Assembly (NCBI GenBank): GCA_025786725.1
Contig: JAHLTZ010000020.1
Coordinates: 1-64,000 of the forward strand
Direction: 5' to 3'
From: Syncephalis fuscata S228
Lineage: Eukaryota > Fungi > Zoopagomycota
Length of the DNA: 64,000 nt
A model generated the notes under the pieces. The model was not told the DNA's origin, ran no database searches, and saw only the letters and a program-made list of their open reading frames with translations. The translations under genes were made by a program, and so were the position numbers. Positions 61,020-64,000 of the stretch are shown here, piece after piece (position 1 is the first letter of the stretch; every line of letters starts with the position of its first letter).

Positions 61020-63767
61020 CTAAGCGTATTGACGGCCACTTATTTCTTTAATTTGCCCACTTGCTAAATAGGCTTCCAAAAATGATTGTAATCGACTGTT
61101 GGCTGCAGGACTTTTAGACGATAATCGACCCATATAGTCTTCAATGATATAGGCTATAAGTTTACGTGCTTGATCTCGATAAGTTTCAAGCAAAGCAGGA
61201 CCGGCGACCTATAATAATTGTTTTATAATTAGTTTATATTTATTGTATTAGTAGTAGGTATTATAAAGCTCATACTTCGAGAAAAGTGTTAATCAGCATA
61301 GGTGTAATAGAATGTGCAGGCTGATTTAGAATGCAGGCTAGCCAACGCCAGCCATACATCATGCCATATGGATTGATACCGCCATCTAAAAGTAGCCAAT
61401 GCAAGTATTAGTTTATATTAGTGCGTATAATTGTCGCAATAGTATCTTACCTGCCGGTGTAGTCTGTACAATAGCCGAGAAAAGGGCTACAATACCACAC
61501 ATACGTTCTTTATATTGCTCAACTTCTTCATCATTAGATGCATATCCAAGTATTTTACGATATGTTTCATCTGATTGTCCCTATTAACCAATATTAAATA
61601 TAGCACTAAGCTAATGGAATATTTATACTGTTAAAAGACTTACCGGCTGTCTGGCTACATAATGAGGGATAAGATAGGTACAGTTTTTCATTAATCGACC
61701 AATCATTAGTTTGACTAACTGAGGGTGTCGCATAAATAGCGCTACACACATCCGTGCCAGGGGGAAAGCCGATGAAAACTTGACACGTACTTCAGTCTCT
61801 GCTTGTTTCTATAAAGTGCCATTTATTATGTCTAAATAATAATAATAATACCAACAATGATCAAATTAGTACTTACCACAACAGCCTTTGAAAAAAAGTT
61901 TAATAACGAATAATAAACATTCGGTGACATTTGTTGACTTTGACTGAATAATTGATCCAGTTCATTTACCTAATTATAAATCAATATCAATGATATCATT
62001 AAAATCTACTTCATTCTTACAATGCGATCAATTTGAGATTTTGTATTCGTAATTTGTCCAATCTTTGGCTTAATTTTCATTCTTCCTTCAAAACAAAGCT
62101 TTTTAAATGCCGGATTATTATCTGTTTCTGGCTTAATACGTTGGTTAAAATCCTAATAAATACCCATTAATATTGTACACATCTCTATATCACTGCTTAC
62201 TTACCATAATAGAGGCTAGCATATCGGTGGTAGCACTACGGGTGCGTTTAGACTTTTCGTCAGCAATTGCCGCTTCCTATAGCAATTTATAAGTTATATA
62301 TTTAAAATATAGCTGTAGTTACCCACTTTACGTTCTGCTTCATGCTTTGCTTGTTGTTTCGCTTCCTTTTCACGACGTTGCTGTTCTTGTTGTTCCTGTT
62401 CTTTTAAACGTAACTCTTCTTCTGCTTTTTTCTTACGCATTTCTTCTTCCCTTTCCTTTTCCAGTTGTGCCAACGCACCATCCAATTTCTGTTGCTCATT
62501 TTATTAATAAACACTTAAATAGCCTATAAACACTTACTGAAAATGCTGCTTGTTTACGCATTGCTAAAGAGGATTCGGCTTGTTTCTCCTTTTCATCACT
62601 ATAATTTGTAAGTATTTATTTAAATAGCTATTTAATACATATACTAACTTGGATAATAGCAATCGATCCAGCGCCTTTGTTGCTTCCTCAGTAGCTTGGT
62701 GTATTTGATATAAATAATTTTCTTGGTTTTTAATACTTTCCTCTCGTATACGTGACTTTTCCAATCGGACTTGAATTGCTTTATCGGCAGCAGCAGCCTA
62801 TTTAACTTTTTTATTATGCTGTAATAGTATATCAATCTATTACTTACTTGACCGGCCTTTTTGGCTTCCTTAATAATAATTTCTTGGGTGTCAACGTAAT
62901 TGACATATTTCATTAAAACTGCTTCTGGTTCATCAGTTGGATCTTTTGGTGTAGCAATTTTATTGTGCTGTTTCTGATATGATCGTGGTGTTGAGCGTGT
63001 TGATGCCATAGATGGCGAACCGATTAACTGTGGACTATTGGCATTTTCATTAATACTATTGCTATATTGACGGTGGGGTGTATTCCATCGAGGACTAAAT
63101 ACCGCTAATAGTTAGATTCACTATAGGTGGTTCATCACTATACTATAATAGCTACCTATTATTGATTGGTATAGGATTTGTATTATTTATACGTGCAATA
63201 ACCGGTGATGCGTACTGTGGATGACTGGTGGAGATAGTTGGCTCATACGACAGCTCCACCGGTAAATAGGTACCCGTATGTGATTCATTTGATGGCTGTG
63301 TATTTAAAAATGTAGCATCTGAATGGATATAACCTTTAGTGCCAATTACACTTGACTTGGCAATAAAATCATCGTCACTACTGTCATCGTCTTCAGAACT
63401 TGGGCAGCGAAACGAGTTAAACGAGTGAGGAGAATGCCACTGGCTAATATAATAGCGAAATATAAATTGTTAATAAAGTATATCGTTTAAATTATTTATA
63501 CTAATAGCTTTATCTGTTACAGACTTATTACTTGACCTACTTTGCCAAATTGCTTGTATAGCCAGCAGAAGGTGACAAGGCTGTAGAGGTAGACGCGGCC
63601 AATTCAGACCTTCTACCTGGAATTGGCTGCGGCTTACTAGGCGTCAATGATAATGACGGCAATTTGTGTGGACTATTGTCTGTCGTTTGATTATTAGCAA
63701 TCCAAGCGTCGCTTAGTCCTTTTAAATCGTCTTCGTCCTCATTGTCGTCAATAAGACCAAACCGCAT
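61020..63767 (-). CDS. GLE1: mRNA export factor Gle1 (multi-exon)
   Basis: MRFGL N-terminus, charged coiled coil, KISQRIGQITNT, KQAETEVRVK...AFPLA, KNCTYLIPHY, ERMCGIVALFSAIVQT, GWRWLACILN, FLEVAG, SRLQSFLE. Confidence 0.88.
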
Positions 63768-64000
63768 AGCTTTAGTATAGTGGTATTTCTACAAAAACAA
63801 GGGATCACGAAACGGGTAATATAGAGGAGGGATAAGGAAAAGACTACCAGCAAGTAAACGATACAGTGCTTATTATTTCCAAATAACAAGTTTTATTATT
63901 ATTGTTGTTGTTATGGTTAATACATTTATTAATAAAATAGATATTCCTATTGATACAATGTGCCGTATTTATTTTACCTCATCCTTTACTTCAATCGGTG

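Overview
AT-rich, intron-dense eukaryotic DNA with short (~50-70 nt) introns. Gene content (MTRR, MscL, animal-like UGT, secreted trypsins, AA11-like LPMO) suggests an early-diverging fungus, plausibly a zoopagalean parasite such as Syncephalis (inference, not verified). The central housekeeping block holds SEY1, UGT, an LRRC58-like LRR protein, a ZIP transporter, prefoldin-2, NDUFAF5, ILV1, MTRR, SmB, an arrestin and an ABCC transporter; GLE1 lies at the right end. Accessory DNA surrounds these genes. Three highlights: (1) A 5'-truncated, disrupted Fanzor (eukaryotic TnpB-like RNA-guided nuclease) C-terminus at 7572-7970, mostly missed by the ORF track. Its 3' end overlaps a nested stem-loop (candidate omegaRNA) and it follows an arm of a dispersed inverted-repeat family. 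(2) An intact Ty3/Gypsy element with identical LTRs and a tRNA-Asn-like PBS, inserted exactly at +1 of a 5S rRNA gene. (3) That 5S gene lacks its own terminator and lies 6 nt upstream of tRNA-Gly(GCC), a probable 5S->tRNA dicistron. Also present: four S1 proteases with diversified specificity pockets and mosaic promoters, a 1.2-kb foldback element and a 10-bp-periodic minisatellite. Many genes carry single-base deletions in short homopolymers, most likely assembly errors.
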